Shown here in pieces: positions 19,567-31,813 of a stretch of 64,000 nt of DNA. The notes under the pieces are model-generated. The model was not told where the DNA came from and searched no databases. It saw nothing but the letters and a program-made list of their open reading frames with translations. Each line of letters begins with the position of its first letter. The first letter of the stretch is position 1. The position numbers were made by a program, and so were the translations under genes. Origin of the DNA: Cyanidioschyzon merolae (lineage: Eukaryota). The DNA lies in assembly GCA_000091205.1 (NCBI GenBank), contig AP006502.2; one strand, 5' to 3'.

Positions 19567-22500
19567 TCAAATGATGTTCTGCACGTGTTGAATTCGAGGA
19601 ACGACATAGAACCAACGACCGAATGCCGTCATATTCATCCCATTGTTCGTGCTAGATAGACCGCCGCTGCCACTGGTGCCTGAACCAGAAGTTCCGCTGC
19701 TGCTACCACTACCGGTGTCACTGGTGCCTGAACCAAAAGTTCCGCTGTTGCTACCACTGCTTGTGTCACTGGTGCCTGAACCAAAAGTTCCGCTGTTGCT
19801 ACCACTGCTTGTGTCACTGGTGCCTGAACCAGGAGTTTTGCTGCTGCTACCACTGCCGGTGTCACTGGTGCCTGAACCAGGAGTTCCGCTGTTGCTACCA
19901 CTGCTTGTGTCACTGGTGCCTGAACCAGGAGTTCCGCTGTTGCTACCACTGCTTGTGTCACTGGTGCCTGAGCCCAAATTCCCGGCTCTGCTGCTACTGC
20001 TGCTGACAGGGATAGCGGATGTCTGCTCGATGATCCTATCCGGGCCTGAAGATGAGGTAGTTGGAGCATCGATACCTGTTCCAGGGCGGGGTGTTGACCC
20101 TAGACTGCTAAAAGTTGGCGGACTTATCGTGGTACGCATCGCTGTTGCGAATGCCCCCAGTGTGGATGAATGCGAGTTACGTTCTCCGCCGGGTTCCACA
20201 TTGTCTAAAAAGGAGCCGCCAGAAGTGCTCGTTGTAATAACCGGACTAAAGGGCGGTGGTAGTGTTGCCGTGGTCGCCACAGGTAGAGTGCTTACAGAGA
20301 GCGATGAGGCCTGTGATGATGTGGGGGTCACCGACATCGCATTCATCGTAGCGATGTACGGAGTTGGTGTGGGATGAACAACAGCTGGAGTAACCGTTGC
20401 AGTTGCTCTTGGAGCGCTTTCGGCACTATGGGTGCTGTTCCGCTCAGGTTCAGCAAAAAAGGCCTCAGAGACGCCAGACGATGCCGTGCCATTCGAGGTT
20501 GACGTACCCGCCTGGGTGCATACGCAGAGGTCGCCAACGCAGACCTTGGCCAGGTTACCAGAACAGCTGCCGGTGGTCGTTACGCACCCGCAGATATCTC
20601 CCAATAGACATGTGTAGACGACTCCTCCGGGGCACGGGGGAACCGAAGTAGACGAGACCGTACTCGTCGATGTAGACGTCGACGTGGTCATCGCTACGGA
20701 CGACGGCGTGCCAGTCGACGAAAACGAAGATATAGAGGCCGAGGGAACATTCGGAGAAGGTGAAGAAGAACTCGTCGACGAAGGCGTAAAATAAGGGATT
20801 GTTGTCGCTGCAGCAGTAGCCGATCTGTCCAACGATTGCCGTAACGAAGCACTCGATGACGCACTCGATGACGCACTCGATGACGCACTCGATGACGCAC
20901 TCGATGACGCACTTACAGATGCCTTTCGAGTCGGATGACGAGAGCGACCGCTCGATGACGATACATGGTCAGACGTACTGCGTGAGGAAGAAGAGCTCAT
21001 GGAGTACGAGTACGAGGCACTGGCAGATGCACTCGCAGATGAACTAGCAGACGCACTCGCAGAGGCGCTTAGAGATGCACTCGCAGAGGCGCTTAGAGAT
21101 GCACTCACAGAGGCGCTTAGAGATGCACTCGCAGAGTCATACGCGCTCACAGAGTACGAACCAGAAGCGCTCGCAGATGCGCTGGCAGACGCAGACTCGC
21201 TCTTCGACTGAGAGTACGAGTACGAGTACGAGGCACTGGCAGATGCACTCGCAGAGGCGCTTAGAGATGCACTCGCAGAGTCATACGCGCTCACAGAGTA
21301 TGAACCAGAAGCGCTCGCAGATGCGCTGGCAGACGCAGACTCGCTCTTCGACTGAGAGAACGAGTACGAGTACGAGGCACTGGCAGACGCACTCGCAGAG
21401 GCGCTTAGAGATGCACTCGCAGAGTCATACGCGCTCACAGAGTACGACCCAGAAGCGCTCGCAGATGCGCTGGCAGACGCAGACTCGCTCTTCGACTGAG
21501 AGTACGAGTACGAGTACGAGGCACTGGCAGATGCACTCGCAGAGGCGCTTAGAGATGCACTCGCAGAGTCATACGCGCTCACAGAGTACGACCCAGAAGC
21601 GCTCGCAGATGCGCTGGCAGACGCAGACTCGCTCTTCGACTGAGAGTACGAGTACGAGTACGAGGCACTGGCAGACGCACTCGCAGAGGCGCTTAGAGAT
21701 GCACTCGCAGAGTCATACGCGCTCACAGAGTACGACCCAGAAGCGCTCGCAGATGCGCTGGCAGACGCAGACTCGCTCTTCGACTGAGAGTACGAGTACG
21801 AGTACGAGTACGAGGCACTGGCAGACGCACTCGCAGAGGCGCTTAGAGATGCACTCGCAGAGTCATACGCGCTCACAGAGTACGAACCAGAAGCGCTCGC
21901 AGATGCGCTGGCAGACGCAGACTCGCTCTTCGACTGAGAGTACGAGTACGAGTACGAGGCACTGGCAGACGCACTCGCAGATGAACTAGCAGACGCACTC
22001 GCAGAGGCGCTTAGAGATGCACTCGCAGAGTCATACGCGCTCACAGAGTACGACCCAGAAGCGCTCGCAGATGCGCTGGCAGACGCAGACTCGCTCTTCG
22101 ACTGAGAGTACGAGTACGAGTACGAGGCACTGGCAGACGCACTCGCAGATGAACTAGCAGACGCACTCGCAGAGGCGCTTAGAGATGCACTCCCTGAGGC
22201 GCTTAGAGATGCACTCGCGGAGGCGCTTAGAGACGCACTCGCGGAGGCGCTTAGAGATGCACTCGCAGAGGCGCTTAGAGATGCACTCGCAGAGGCACTG
22301 GCAGACGCACTCGCTGAGGCGCTTAGAGATGCACTCGCAGAGTCATACGCGCTCACAGAGTACGACCCAGAAGCGCTCGCAGATGCGCTGGCAGACGCAG
22401 ACTCGCTCTTCGACTGAGAGTACGAGTACGAGTACGAGGCACTGGCAGACGCACTCGCAGAGGCGCTTAGAGACGCACTCGCAGAGGCGCTTAGAGATGC

Positions 22501-25500
22501 ACTCGCAGAGTCATACGCGCTCACAGAGTACGACCCAGAAGCGCTCGCAGATGCGCTGGCAGACGCACACTCGCTCTTCGACTGAGAGTACGAGTACGAG
22601 TACGAGGCACTGGCAGACGCACTCGCAGATGAACTAGCAGACGCACTCGCAGAGGCGCTTACAGATGCACTCGCAGAGTCATACGCGCTCACAGAGTACG
22701 ACCCAGAAGCGCTCGCAGATGCACTGGCAGACGCGCTCGCAGAGGCGCTTAGAGATGCACTCGCCGAGGCGCTTGCAGATGCACTCGCAGAGGCGCTTAC
22801 AGATGCACTCGCACAGGCGCTTACAGATGCACTCGCAGAGTCATACGCGCTCACAGAGTATGAACCAGAAGCGCTCGCAGATGCGCTGGCAGACGCAGAC
22901 TCGCTCTTCGACTGAGAGTACGAGTACGAGTACGAGGCACTGGCAGATGCACTCGCAGATGAACTAGCACACGCACTCGCAGAGGCGCTTACAGATGCAC
23001 TCGCAGAGGCGCCTACAGATGCACTCGCAGAGGCGCTTACAGATGCACTCGCAGAGTCATACGCGCTCACAGAGTACGAACCACAAGCGCTCGCAGATGC
23101 GCTGGCAGACGCAGACTCGCTCTTCGACTGAGAGTACGAGTACGAGTACGAGGCACTGGCAGACGCACTCGCAGATGAACTAGCAGACGCACTCGCAGAG
23201 GCGCTTAGAGATGCACTCGCAGAGTCATACGCGCTCACAGAGTACGACCCAGAAGCGCTCGCAGATGCGCTGGCAGACGCAGACTCGCTCTTCGACTGAG
23301 AGTACGAGTACGAGTACGAGGCACTGGAAGACGCACTCGCAGAGTCATACGCGCTCACAGAGTACGACCCAGAAGCGCTCGCAGATGCGCTGGCAGACGC
23401 AGACTCGCTCTTCGACTGAGAGTACGAGTACGAGTACGAGTACGAGGCACTGGCAGACGCACTCGCAGAGGCGCTTACAGATGCACTCGCAGAGTCATAC
23501 GCGCTCACAGAGTACGAACCAGAAGCGCTCGCAGATGCGCTGGCAGACGCAGACTCGCTCTTCGACTGAGAGTACGAGTACGAGTACGAGGCACTGGCAG
23601 ACGCACTCGCAGATGAACTAGCAGACGCACTCGCGGAGGCGCTTAGAGATGCACTCGCAGAGTCATACGCGCTCACAGAGTATGAACCAGAAGCGCTCGC
23701 AGATGCGCTGGCAGACGCAGACTCGCTCTTCGACTGAGAGTACGAGTACGAGTACGAGGACGAGGCACTGGCAGACGCACTCGCAGAGGCGCTTAGAGAT
23801 GCACTCGCAGAGTCATACGCGCTCACAGAGTATGAACCAGAAGCGCTCGCAGATGCGCTGGCAGACGCAGACTCGCTCTTCGACTGAGAGTACGAGTACG
23901 AGTACGAGTACGAGGCACTGGCAGACGCACTCGCAGAGGCGCTTAGAGATGCACTCGCAGAGTCATACGCGCTCACAGAGTACGACCCAGAAGCGCTCGC
24001 AGATGCGCTGGCAGACGCAGACTCGCTCTTCGACTGAGAGTACGAGTACGAGTACGAGGCACTGGCAGACGCACTCGCAGAGGCGCTTACAGATGCACTC
24101 GCAGAGGCGCTTAGAGATGCACTCGCAGAGTCATACGCGCTCACAGAGTACGACCCAGAAGCGCTCGCAGATGCGCTGGCAGACGCAGACTCGCTCTTCG
24201 ACTGAGAGTACGAGTACGAGTACGAGTACGAGGCACTGGCAGACGCACTCGCAGATGAACTAGCAGACGCACTCGCAGAGGCGCTTAGAGATGCACTCGC
24301 AGAGTCATACGCGCTCACAGAGTACGACCCAGAAGCGCTCGCAGATGCACTGGCAGACGCGCTCGCAGAGGCGCTTAGAGATGCACTCGCAGAGTCATAC
24401 GCGCTCACAGAGTACGACCCAGAAGCGCTCGCAGATGCGCTGGCAGACGCAGACTCGCTCTTCGACTGAGAGTACGAGTACGAGTACGAGGCACTGGCAG
24501 ACGCACTCACAGATGAACTAGCAGACGCACTCGCAGAGGCGCTTAGAGATGCACTCGCAGAGTCATACGCGCTCACAGAGTACGACCCAGAAGCGCTCGC
24601 AGATGCGCTGGCAGACGCAGACTCGCTCTTCGACTGAGAGTACGAGTACGAGTACGAGGCACTGGCAGACGCACTCGCAGATGAACTAGCAGACGCACTC
24701 GCAGAGTCATACGCGCTCACAGAGTACGACCCAGAAGCGCTCGCAGATGCGCTGGCAGACGCAGACTTGCTCTTCGACTGAGAGTACGAGTACGAGTACG
24801 AGGCACTGGCAGACGCACTCGCAGATGAACTAGCAGACGCACTCGCAGAGGCGCTTAGAGATGCACTCGCAGAGTCATACGCGCTCACAGAGTATGAACC
24901 AGAAGCGCTCGCAGATGCGCTGGCAGACGCAGACTCGCTCTTCGACTGAGAGTACGAGTGCGAGTACGAGGCACTGGCAGATGCACTCGCAGATGAACTA
25001 GCAGACGCACTCGCAGAGGCGCTTAGAGATGCACTCGCAGAGGCGCTTAGAGATGCACTCGCAGAGGCGCTTAGAGATGCACTCGCAGAGTCATACGCGC
25101 TCACAGAGTACGAACCAGAAGCGCTCGCAGATGCGCTGGCAGACGCAGACTCGCTCTTCGACTGAGAGTACGAGTACGAGTACGAGGCACTGGCAGACGC
25201 ACTCGCAGATGAACTAGCAGACGCACTCGCAGAGGCGCTTAGAGATGCACTCGCAGAGTCATACGCGCTCACAGAGTACGACCCAGAAGCGCTCGCAGAT
25301 GCGCTGGCAGACGCAGACTCGCTCTTCGACTGAGAGTACGAGTACGAGTACGAGGCACTGGCAGACGCACTCGCAGATGAACTAGCAGACGCAGACTCGC
25401 TCTTCGACTGAGAGTACGAGTACGAGTACGAGGCACTGGCAGATGCACTCGCAGAGGCGCTTAGAGATGCACTCGCAGAGTCATACGCGCTCACAGAGTA

Positions 25501-26931
25501 TGAACCAGAAGCGCTCGCAGATGCGCTGGCAGACGCAGACTCGCTCTTCGACTGAGAGTACGAGTACGAGTACGAGGCACTGGCAGATGCACTCGCAGAG
25601 GCGCTTAGAGATGCACTCGCAGAGTCATACGCGCTCACAGAGTATGAACCAGAAGCGCTCGCAGATGCGCTGGCAGACGCAGACTCGCTCTTCGACTGAG
25701 AGTACGTGTACGAGTACGAGGCACTGGCAGACGCACTCGCAGAGGCGCTTAGAGATGCACTCGCGGAGTCATACGCGCTCACAGAGTACGACCCAGAAGC
25801 GCTCGCAGATGCGCTGGCAGACGCAGACTTGCTCTTCGACTGAGAGTACGAGTACGAGTACGAGGCACTGGCAGACGCACTCGCAGAGGCGCTTTGATAT
25901 GCACTCGCAGAGACAGACGAACTCACGTCGTTCGATTGAGTTATAGTGGGCGAAGCAGTCTTGGTCTTTGCCTGCAAGGATGAATATGATACGCTTGTAG
26001 TGGCCCTCTTTGAACCACGGCTGCTTATTGATCTTGATGGCCTTGTGCTTGTATACAGTATTTGCGACTCGGATGGTGTTTGCGAAATTGCTGTCTTAGA
26101 CCGCTGCTTTGTGTATGCGACCGTCTCTACTGATCTTCGTACTGGTTTTGATTGCTGTACTGTTATTGGTGCATTCGACTGTGCTATCACGCTGCTCTGT
26201 GCTGTTGCAGTCCCTTGGGGCGTTTCTCGCTCTGTTTTTTGTTCAGAATTTTTTGACAATGCTTGCTGGAACGGAAAAATCTCGAATGTACATATTTTCG
26301 AAATCGGGACGCACCAGAACCCGTTCGGAGTCCGGGATATTCCCGATGTAGGTTTGGGATTAAGTCTATATAAGGCCCATTCCATGATCGAATCCCAACC
26401 GCCTTCCTTTTGGACTACGACTTGCGACTCTGACGTGACGTTCTGAGCGTTTCCTCCATGAAATGCCGTGATTTCAAATGTCTCCGTACATACACGGCAC
26501 TTGTTGAGCAGCAGATATTCCTTGCAAACTTCGACCTGTGTATACACACACTCTCGCGTGCATGAAGGAGTCAAAATTGTTCCGAATGCGTCGACGGCAT
26601 TGGTCCCTTCTTGGAACGGTCGAACAAACCAATTTCCCGTGGCGACCTGAGGCCCGGGGTCGACGCCCTGCACGATCGAAGGGGTCTCTTTCGCACAAAT
26701 GAGCTTTTCCTTATCGCAGATTTCGAGGACTTCAAACCGTACGCATTTCTTTTCAGTCTGGCAAGGGCCAATCTTCGTCACAGGTTCACAGAGACCGTTC
26801 CCCGACACATATCCTCCGCCTGTGCTGTATGCTTGCTGGTATAGCTTTGTTGGTCCAGCGGAAGCGGCTCTTATTCCCACAATAAGAAACAAAAACCCCA
26901 CGAGAATACGAAACCAAAATCTACTAAACAT
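19567..26931 (-). CDS. Giant secreted Ser/Ala-rich tandem-repeat protein (2454 aa): signal peptide, Cys-rich N-terminal domain, ~34 x 49-aa SASA/SYSY repeats, S/T-rich region, Cys-rich module, C-terminal [16 protein letters not shown] repeats
   Basis: One uninterrupted ORF with ATG at 26931 and N-terminus [25 protein letters not shown], a predicted signal peptide. The reading frame is preserved through 5 kb of imperfect repeats despite numerous indels, all multiples of 3. Opposite-strand frames are full of stops. Confidence 0.7.
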   Translation of the reverse strand: MFSRFWFRILVGFLFLIVGIRAASAGPTKLYQQAYSTGGGYVSGNGLCEPVTKIGPCQTEKKCVRFEVLEICDKEKLICAKETPSIVQGVDPGPQVATGNWFVRPFQEGTNAVDAFGTILTPSCTRECVYTQVEVCKEYLLLNKCRVCTETFEITAFHGGNAQNVTSESQVVVQKEGGWDSIMEWALYRLNPKPTSGISRTPNGFWCVPISKICTFEIFPFQQALSKNSEQKTERETPQGTATAQSSVIAQSNAPITVQQSKPVRRSVETVAYTKQRSKTAISQTPSESQILYTSTRPSRSISSRGSKRATTSVSYSSLQAKTKTASPTITQSNDVSSSVSASAYQSASASASASASYSYSYSQSKSKSASASASASASGSYSVSAYDSASASLSASASASASASYSYTYSQSKSESASASASASASGSYSVSAYDSASASLSASASASASASYSYSYSQSKSESASASASASASGSYSVSAYDSASASLSASASASASASYSYSYSQSKSESASASSSASASASASYSYSYSQSKSESASASASASASGSYSVSAYDSASASLSASASASASSSASASASASYSYSYSQSKSESASASASASASGSYSVSAYDSASASLSASASASLSASASASLSASASASASSSASASASASYSHSYSQSKSESASASASASASGSYSVSAYDSASASLSASASASASSSASASASASYSYSYSQSKSKSASASASASASGSYSVSAYDSASASASSSASASASASYSYSYSQSKSESASASASASASGSYSVSAYDSASASLSASASASASSSVSASASASYSYSYSQSKSESASASASASASGSYSVSAYDSASASLSASASASASASASASGSYSVSAYDSASASLSASASASASSSASASASASYSYSYSYSQSKSESASASASASASGSYSVSAYDSASASLSASASASVSASASASASASYSYSYSQSKSESASASASASASGSYSVSAYDSASASLSASASASASASYSYSYSYSQSKSESASASASASASGSYSVSAYDSASASLSASASASASASSSYSYSYSQSKSESASASASASASGSYSVSAYDSASASLSASASASASSSASASASASYSYSYSQSKSESASASASASASGSYSVSAYDSASASVSASASASASASYSYSYSYSQSKSESASASASASASGSYSVSAYDSASASSSASYSYSYSQSKSESASASASASASGSYSVSAYDSASASLSASASASASSSASASASASYSYSYSQSKSESASASASASACGSYSVSAYDSASASVSASASASVGASASASVSASASACASSSASASASASYSYSYSQSKSESASASASASASGSYSVSAYDSASASVSACASASVSASASASASASASASLSASASASASASASASGSYSVSAYDSASASVSASASASASSSASASASASYSYSYSQSKSECASASASASASGSYSVSAYDSASASLSASASASLSASASASASASYSYSYSQSKSESASASASASASGSYSVSAYDSASASLSASASASASASASASLSASASASLSASASASLSASASASLSASGSASLSASASASASSSASASASASYSYSYSQSKSESASASASASASGSYSVSAYDSASASLSASASASASSSASASASASYSYSYSQSKSESASASASASASGSYSVSAYDSASASLSASASASASASYSYSYSYSQSKSESASASASASASGSYSVSAYDSASASLSASASASASASYSYSYSQSKSESASASASASASGSYSVSAYDSASASLSASASASASASYSYSYSQSKSESASASASASASGSYSVSAYDSASASLSASASASASASYSYSFSQSKSESASASASASASGSYSVSAYDSASASLSASASASASASYSYSYSQSKSESASASASASASGSYSVSAYDSASASLSASVSASLSASASASLSASASASASSSASASASASYSYSMSSSSSRSTSDHVSSSSGRSRHPTRKASVSASSSASSSASSSASSSASSSASLRQSLDRSATAAATTIPYFTPSSTSSSSPSPNVPSASISSFSSTGTPSSVAMTTSTSTSTSTVSSTSVPPCPGGVVYTCLLGDICGCVTTTGSCSGNLAKVCVGDLCVCTQAGTSTSNGTASSGVSEAFFAEPERNSTHSAESAPRATATVTPAVVHPTPTPYIATMNAMSVTPTSSQASSLSVSTLPVATTATLPPPFSPVITTSTSGGSFLDNVEPGGERNSHSSTLGAFATAMRTTISPPTFSSLGSTPRPGTGIDAPTTSSSGPDRIIEQTSAIPVSSSSSRAGNLGSGTSDTSSGSNSGTPGSGTSDTSSGSNSGTPGSGTSDTGSGSSSKTPGSGTSDTSSGSNSGTFGSGTSDTSSGSNSGTFGSGTSDTGSGSSSGTSGSGTSGSGGLSSTNNGMNMTAFGRWFYVVPRIQHVQNII
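19671..19985. repeat. About 6.5 tandem copies of a 48-bp unit (encodes [16 protein letters not shown] on the minus strand)
   Basis: The unit cactggtgcctgaaccaaaagttccgctgttgctaccactgcttgtgt is reiterated. Confidence 0.8.
20849..20908. repeat. 12-bp unit gcactcgatgac x5 (SSAS x5 in the protein)
   Basis: Direct reading of the sequence. Confidence 0.8.
20995..25905. repeat. Coding minisatellite: about 34 tandem copies of a ~147-bp unit (variants 135-190 bp)
   Basis: The reiterated unit is ...gactgagagtacgagtacgagtacgaggcactggcagacgcactcgcagaggcgcttagagatgcactcgcagagtcatacgcgctcacagagtacgacccagaagcgctcgcagatgcgctggcagacgcagactcgctcttc. It contains an embedded (tacgag)3-4 microsatellite. Confidence 0.9.
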
Positions 26932-27949
26932 ATCGATCTCAGTCGAAGTACCTTCAGAGACTAGATCCTCTGCACCCTCATTTCACTTTCAAAAGCCTAG
27001 ACTCCCAAGCTAAAGCTCTCGCGGGAGATCAGGTCTCAAATAAACCTGAGAATGAAAAACCTGGATCAACTATTTCCTTCGACCGCCAAAGCCACCGCGA
27101 TGCACACCACCCCCATGTTCACCACAATACATCGACCGTCGAGAATCACATCACAGCTCCGTCGTTCGATGAAGAGAAAATCGCCTCCGAGGTCACCATA
27201 TCGCCGTACGAAGATACCTGAGCCACAACCCGAGTCGCGTCCCCGTGACGTGACGAAGCCGACCTGTTTCTTCCACACGGTCCGGCATCCCCGCGGCGAT
27301 CTCAAAATGCGATTCGATTGATGCCACATATCAAGAAATCGACGGCTCGCAGTCTCAAAGAACCGGTGTCGGCGGCGGCGTCCCCTAGTGGACACGTATC
27401 GACCGCACGGGGACTGCGTGACAACGGGGATGTCGCGGCGACGCAACGGTCCAGCGCCGGAAACACTGGGGCCCATCGATTTAGCGACGGCTGCTGATCC
27501 GCGGGTGCACAGCGGCTGCATCAGTGTTCCTTGCTATGGAAAAAGAACACTACGAAACAAACCAGTCACAAACTATATATGAAAGAACAGCTATCTTACA
27601 AGCCCCATGCACTACGCCTGCCTAAGAGGTCTAGTTTTCCGGAGAAGCTCTGAAAGTGGGTTAACGCGGGGTGCTTGGGCGACGGCGAAGGAAGCCCACG
27701 ACACGGACCTTGACCGCAACGAACGGAGGCCCGGAGGCAGTAGCAGAGAATGATGACGAGAGTTCTGCGTACTTATCCGCTGCTCTAGAATCAACGCTGC
27801 AGGTTCGGGCACAACTCCTGGATACATCCTCGAACTTGGGCTCAGTTTTACCTCCTACATTGGTTTCTACCTCAACTTTGGAAACAGTCTCGGTGGATAT
27901 TTTGGAGGACGGCTGGCGGCATACTCGCGATCGAAGCTAGAATAGGCGA

Positions 27950-30900
27950 CTTGCTCGCCTACGTGTTTGGGGAGCGGATACTAAGCCGCTGAAAGGTTGG
28001 TTCATAGAGTATCCACTGTGGTTGCGGGTAGCTTCACGCGTCCGGCAAGATAAAGGTCGCATTTGTATCGACCTTGACTATGTACTTTTGAATGTACGCT
28101 AGCGCTGTGCCAGGCACTCAATGAACGACTGGAATGTAGGAGGTGCTGGTGGCATGTGCGCTCATATACCCCGTGGAGGGTGCGTTTAAATCGACGACGT
28201 ACCTCTAGAGTGCCGCAGCGCTATTCCTATTCCCTTACGCGCTACGACTCGTTAGTTTTCGCATCATGGAATATTTTTGGGATAGCCTCGATACTAGACG
28301 ACGAGATATCGAATCACCAGTACAGTAAAGAGGATCTGATACAAGTCGGGGACTCTGCAATAGGAAAAGAGACCCAAGGCGATACGGAAGAAGAGACACA
28401 GAAACCTCATGATCCACGTACCAGAAGAATAACCAGAGAAAGCAGCTCGGCAAAAAGCCCGAAGAAGAAGAAGACCAACAAGAAAAGACAGAAGAATAGA
28501 AAAAAGAACTCCCAAACGAGCCCATCACAAGTCATTTCCCGAAAGGGCACCCCAGCAGGAACTCAAGAAAGCCGTCGCCAAACCCAGTCACCTACTCACA
28601 GCGCTGAAGATCCGAAAAGCCGTGCATGCAAGCCTTTAGACCAATTGGCACGCGAGTTTGTAGATGCGAATCAGAAGACTGCCAGAGAGTTGGGACTGCT
28701 TGGGCCAGAACACAACAGTTGCAAACCTCAGTACCTGAAACGACGTACCAAAACTCGGATTGATGAATGCTACCGACTCAACAAGATCGTCAACCGCACC
28801 GCCATACGCGCCAACGCCGGAGACAAGGAAGCGACGGCAGTCCTAACGGCGCTACAGGCACAACATGAGGAAGCTATCAAAAGAAAGAAGAAACTTTCCA
28901 GAGAAGACAAACGAGAGGATCGAAACCGCAAAATCGCCTCCCTAGCGAAATCTATGCTAGAGAGCACCAACGAAGATGAGACCTGGCGCTACATTCGATC
29001 GAGACTGGACCCACCAAAAAAGTGCCTGGGACTCACACCAATCGTTTATGAGGAAGCGCTGAGGACGGAGAGTGCCTCAGTGAATGAGGCCTGGACGGAC
29101 CACGGCACAGAGCTGCATGAAGACGCAACTGGGCACTGCCGAAACCGAATCTATTGGCACCAATATGCTGCCAAACTACAGCGCCTCGACCCGGTACCGG
29201 AATGGAACGACCCAATCTTCTGGCCTGAATCTGTTCGGACCCTGCTATGCTCAAGCAACCGCAAAACACCTGGCTTTAACGGTATCCCTGCGGAGTGGAT
29301 GAAACTGGTGACCCCAAAAGACGAGACAACAGGGACACCATCGATACCAGATGAACCTGACACAATCTTAGGCAAACGCCTTCTGGAGCTCATCCAACGC
29401 ATGTTCGAAGAGGCGTACATCCCGGATGTACGGAGGACTGCCGAGGTCGTACCGATCCTCAAAAAGGACTCCCCCACAGACATGAACGACTACCAGACTA
29501 TGCGCCTCATCCCGTCAATCATGAAGCTACTTTGCGCCATTCCCACGAACCGGATCCAGAGAGGCCTCCAGGAGCGCAAGTTCTTCGCCCCAGAACAGGC
29601 TGGATTCCGGAGCCGCGAGGAATGCATGAGCCATGCCCTGACCCACATTGAAGTGGCGCAACGTCGCTCCATTGGCGGCCAACAACCAACTTACGTATGC
29701 TTCATCGACTTTCAAAAGGCCTTTGAAACGGCCCCGCACGAGGCTCCGTTTCTCAAGATGGAACGCGCCGGAGTCTCCGAAAAGTGCTTGGCGTTCTTCA
29801 GTGCGCTCTATGCAGACTCGTGGATGCGCATCCGACTGGGCGACGGGTCAAAAACCCCTTCCATAAGAATCCGACGTGGACTGCGACAGGGCGAACCCGC
29901 ATCCACGCTCCTTTTCAGCATCTTCATCAACGATCTGCTGAACAACCGCAGACAATTCGTGGTTGAGGTGCCGTGGATAGACTGCGGAGAGCCCGGTAAA
30001 GAGCCCTCGCATAGGAACCGCCTCGCAGGCCTTCTATTCGCGGACGATGTGGTGCTGTTGGCACCCGCCCCGGAAACGCTTGCGGCTAGCATGGAACAAG
30101 TTAGCGCCTGGGCCGATCGCTGGGAGATGAGCATAGGAGCATCGAAGTGCGGCGTCATGGTCATCCATGGAGACTCGCAGAGCATTCGCAATCGCTCGTG
30201 GCGGTTGCAGAATCAGGAAATTCCGATCGTGGAAAAATATCGCTACCTGGGGGTCTGTCTCACGCCGACGCTCGACGAAAAGGCACACGTTGACGAGATG
30301 ATCGCCAAGATGCATAGAGGTACAGCGATCGCACGCCCATTCCTATCCGATCCCTCTATCCCCTTAGCAATCCGTACGAGGGCGCTAAGGATGTGTATCA
30401 TCCAGCCTGCGACCTGGGGTGCTGGGTGGTGCGGCATGAAGCACACAAATGCCTCACGTCTGCAGACAGCCGCTAACAGGGCAATGCGACTCGTTGTTGT
30501 TGTTGGATGCTCAATGCAGAGCAGAGCAACCAACCCGCTGGCACTCGGACTTGAACTCCAAATACCCTCGACAGAAGCGATAGCAGCAGGCTGCCGGGCA
30601 TGTATGCGGGCCAAAGGGCCCACTATGCGCACCTCTTTGAGTCGGATTTTCATGCAGACCCCAACGCACCGCTAGAACACTTGGATGAAATCAGCGCAGA
30701 TTTGGCTGAAGCGCCTCTTACGCGAAAACACGCTACCCAATCGTTCCCCAGAAATATAGAATTCTCCCGTCGCCTGAAGCGTACGGTCCAAACGCCAATA
30801 TGGGAAGGTAGACACGGTACCAGTCGCGCTAGTAACGCCGGCTTGACCCTGTACCGGAACTACAACCCAACATACACGTGCAAGTACTGGTGGGAGGCGC

Positions 30901-31770
30901 TGGAATTCCCGGGACTTGCTCGCGGTACCCAGTGGCTTGCCAAAATCCGCGTTGGTGGCTTCTGACTACCAGCACCGGCTCTAAGCCGTATAGGAACACT
31001 GGAATCGCACTGGGAATCACACTGTCCCTGCTATCGAGACGAGACCCCTCGAGACGCTGACATATTTGGGCTTACAGTGCCCGCGCTGGAAACAGGAGCG
31101 CAACGAGCTCCTTGAAGGACAGCAGCAGCTGGGCATCACCGTGATAGTCGAAGGCCGGACACTCACTCTGAGTGTAGCACTGGCAACTGATGGTCCGCTA
31201 ACCGAGCCTCAGTGCTCATTAGTGGCCAACAAATTCACGTGCTACCTTCTAGAAAGAAGGGTCCAGCGAATCGGATGCGCACACGGGCTCAGTGCGCTTT
31301 CTGTGCTTACCCACTGTGGTGGGTGTCAAGCACAAACCTGCATTGCCAACCGACAACAACGCATTCCATGCATGATCATGAAGGAGAGAGGCAGCTCCCA
31401 AGATATATCCGAACAGTCAGGTTTCTCCAGCGTGTCGTGCAGCGAAGACAAGCCTGCATCCGCAGACTGTCCGAGCACACACTGACGACGAGAACCGATT
31501 CTATGTCGGGTGAACCACGCCTCGAGCCGACGCCCTCCGTGGTAAGGAAACGCCGTTCTATCTCCGTGATGCATCTGCACCAAAGGTAAGGACGCTATTT
31601 TGGACAATTAGGGTAGGCACAAGGCACAAGGTAGAACGAATGAAACGACCAGAATATCCAAGAAGAGGTGTAGATAATGTAACTTGGAAGTAGAGGGTTT
31701 GATGGATACCTCACCGCGCACTGAAGAATAACACAAAAAAAGAAAGAAAAGAAAAAGCGTAAAATCGGAG
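27950..31770 (+). mobile_element. Degenerate non-LTR (LINE-like) retrotransposon; boundaries approximate; A-rich 3' end at ~31735-31765
   Basis: A reverse transcriptase ORF followed, in the same frame, by a stop-riddled C-terminal region containing the LINE-typical motif YLGLQCPRWKQER. An A-rich stretch aacacaaaaaaagaaagaaaagaaaaag lies at the 3' end. Confidence 0.5.
28156..30675 (+). CDS. Non-LTR retrotransposon reverse transcriptase (ORF2 fragment; no in-frame ATG at the 5' end, so probably 5'-truncated or frameshifted)
   Basis: RT motifs are present: KTPGFNGIPAEW (motif 0/1-like), ...PHEAPFLKM..., GLRQGEPASTLLFSIFINDL, and the catalytic FADDVVLLA. The N-terminal region is basic (K/R-rich). 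No APE or REL endonuclease motifs are recognisable. Confidence 0.8.
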   Translation: MRSYTPWRVRLNRRRTSRVPQRYSYSLTRYDSLVFASWNIFGIASILDDEISNHQYSKEDLIQVGDSAIGKETQGDTEEETQKPHDPRTRRITRESSSAKSPKKKKTNKKRQKNRKKNSQTSPSQVISRKGTPAGTQESRRQTQSPTHSAEDPKSRACKPLDQLAREFVDANQKTARELGLLGPEHNSCKPQYLKRRTKTRIDECYRLNKIVNRTAIRANAGDKEATAVLTALQAQHEEAIKRKKKLSREDKREDRNRKIASLAKSMLESTNEDETWRYIRSRLDPPKKCLGLTPIVYEEALRTESASVNEAWTDHGTELHEDATGHCRNRIYWHQYAAKLQRLDPVPEWNDPIFWPESVRTLLCSSNRKTPGFNGIPAEWMKLVTPKDETTGTPSIPDEPDTILGKRLLELIQRMFEEAYIPDVRRTAEVVPILKKDSPTDMNDYQTMRLIPSIMKLLCAIPTNRIQRGLQERKFFAPEQAGFRSREECMSHALTHIEVAQRRSIGGQQPTYVCFIDFQKAFETAPHEAPFLKMERAGVSEKCLAFFSALYADSWMRIRLGDGSKTPSIRIRRGLRQGEPASTLLFSIFINDLLNNRRQFVVEVPWIDCGEPGKEPSHRNRLAGLLFADDVVLLAPAPETLAASMEQVSAWADRWEMSIGASKCGVMVIHGDSQSIRNRSWRLQNQEIPIVEKYRYLGVCLTPTLDEKAHVDEMIAKMHRGTAIARPFLSDPSIPLAIRTRALRMCIIQPATWGAGWCGMKHTNASRLQTAANRAMRLVVVVGCSMQSRATNPLALGLELQIPSTEAIAAGCRACMRAKGPTMRTSLSRIFMQTPTHR

Positions 31771-31813
31771 AATGCTGCCACAAGTAAACGTCTTGTCTAT
31801 GAAAAAAAGAATC

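Noticed and set aside
19643-20377. + strand 244-aa proline/leucine-rich ORF ([14 protein letters not shown]...)
   Set aside because: Antisense of the 48-bp [16 protein letters not shown] repeat at the C-terminus of the giant minus-strand gene.
20995-25905. Regular ~147-bp direct repeats could superficially suggest a CRISPR-like array
   Set aside because: There are no unique spacers. The units are contiguous and degenerate copies of one another, they are coding (frame-preserving indels), and the context is eukaryotic.
20999-25946. Many + strand ORFs (e.g. 21075..21989, 23649..24263; [19 protein letters not shown]..., [10 protein letters not shown]...) across the tandem array
   Set aside because: They are antisense frames of the 147-bp repeat, each terminated by the recurring TGA in cttcgacTGAgag. 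Only the minus-strand frame is open across the entire array and is joined to a signal peptide.
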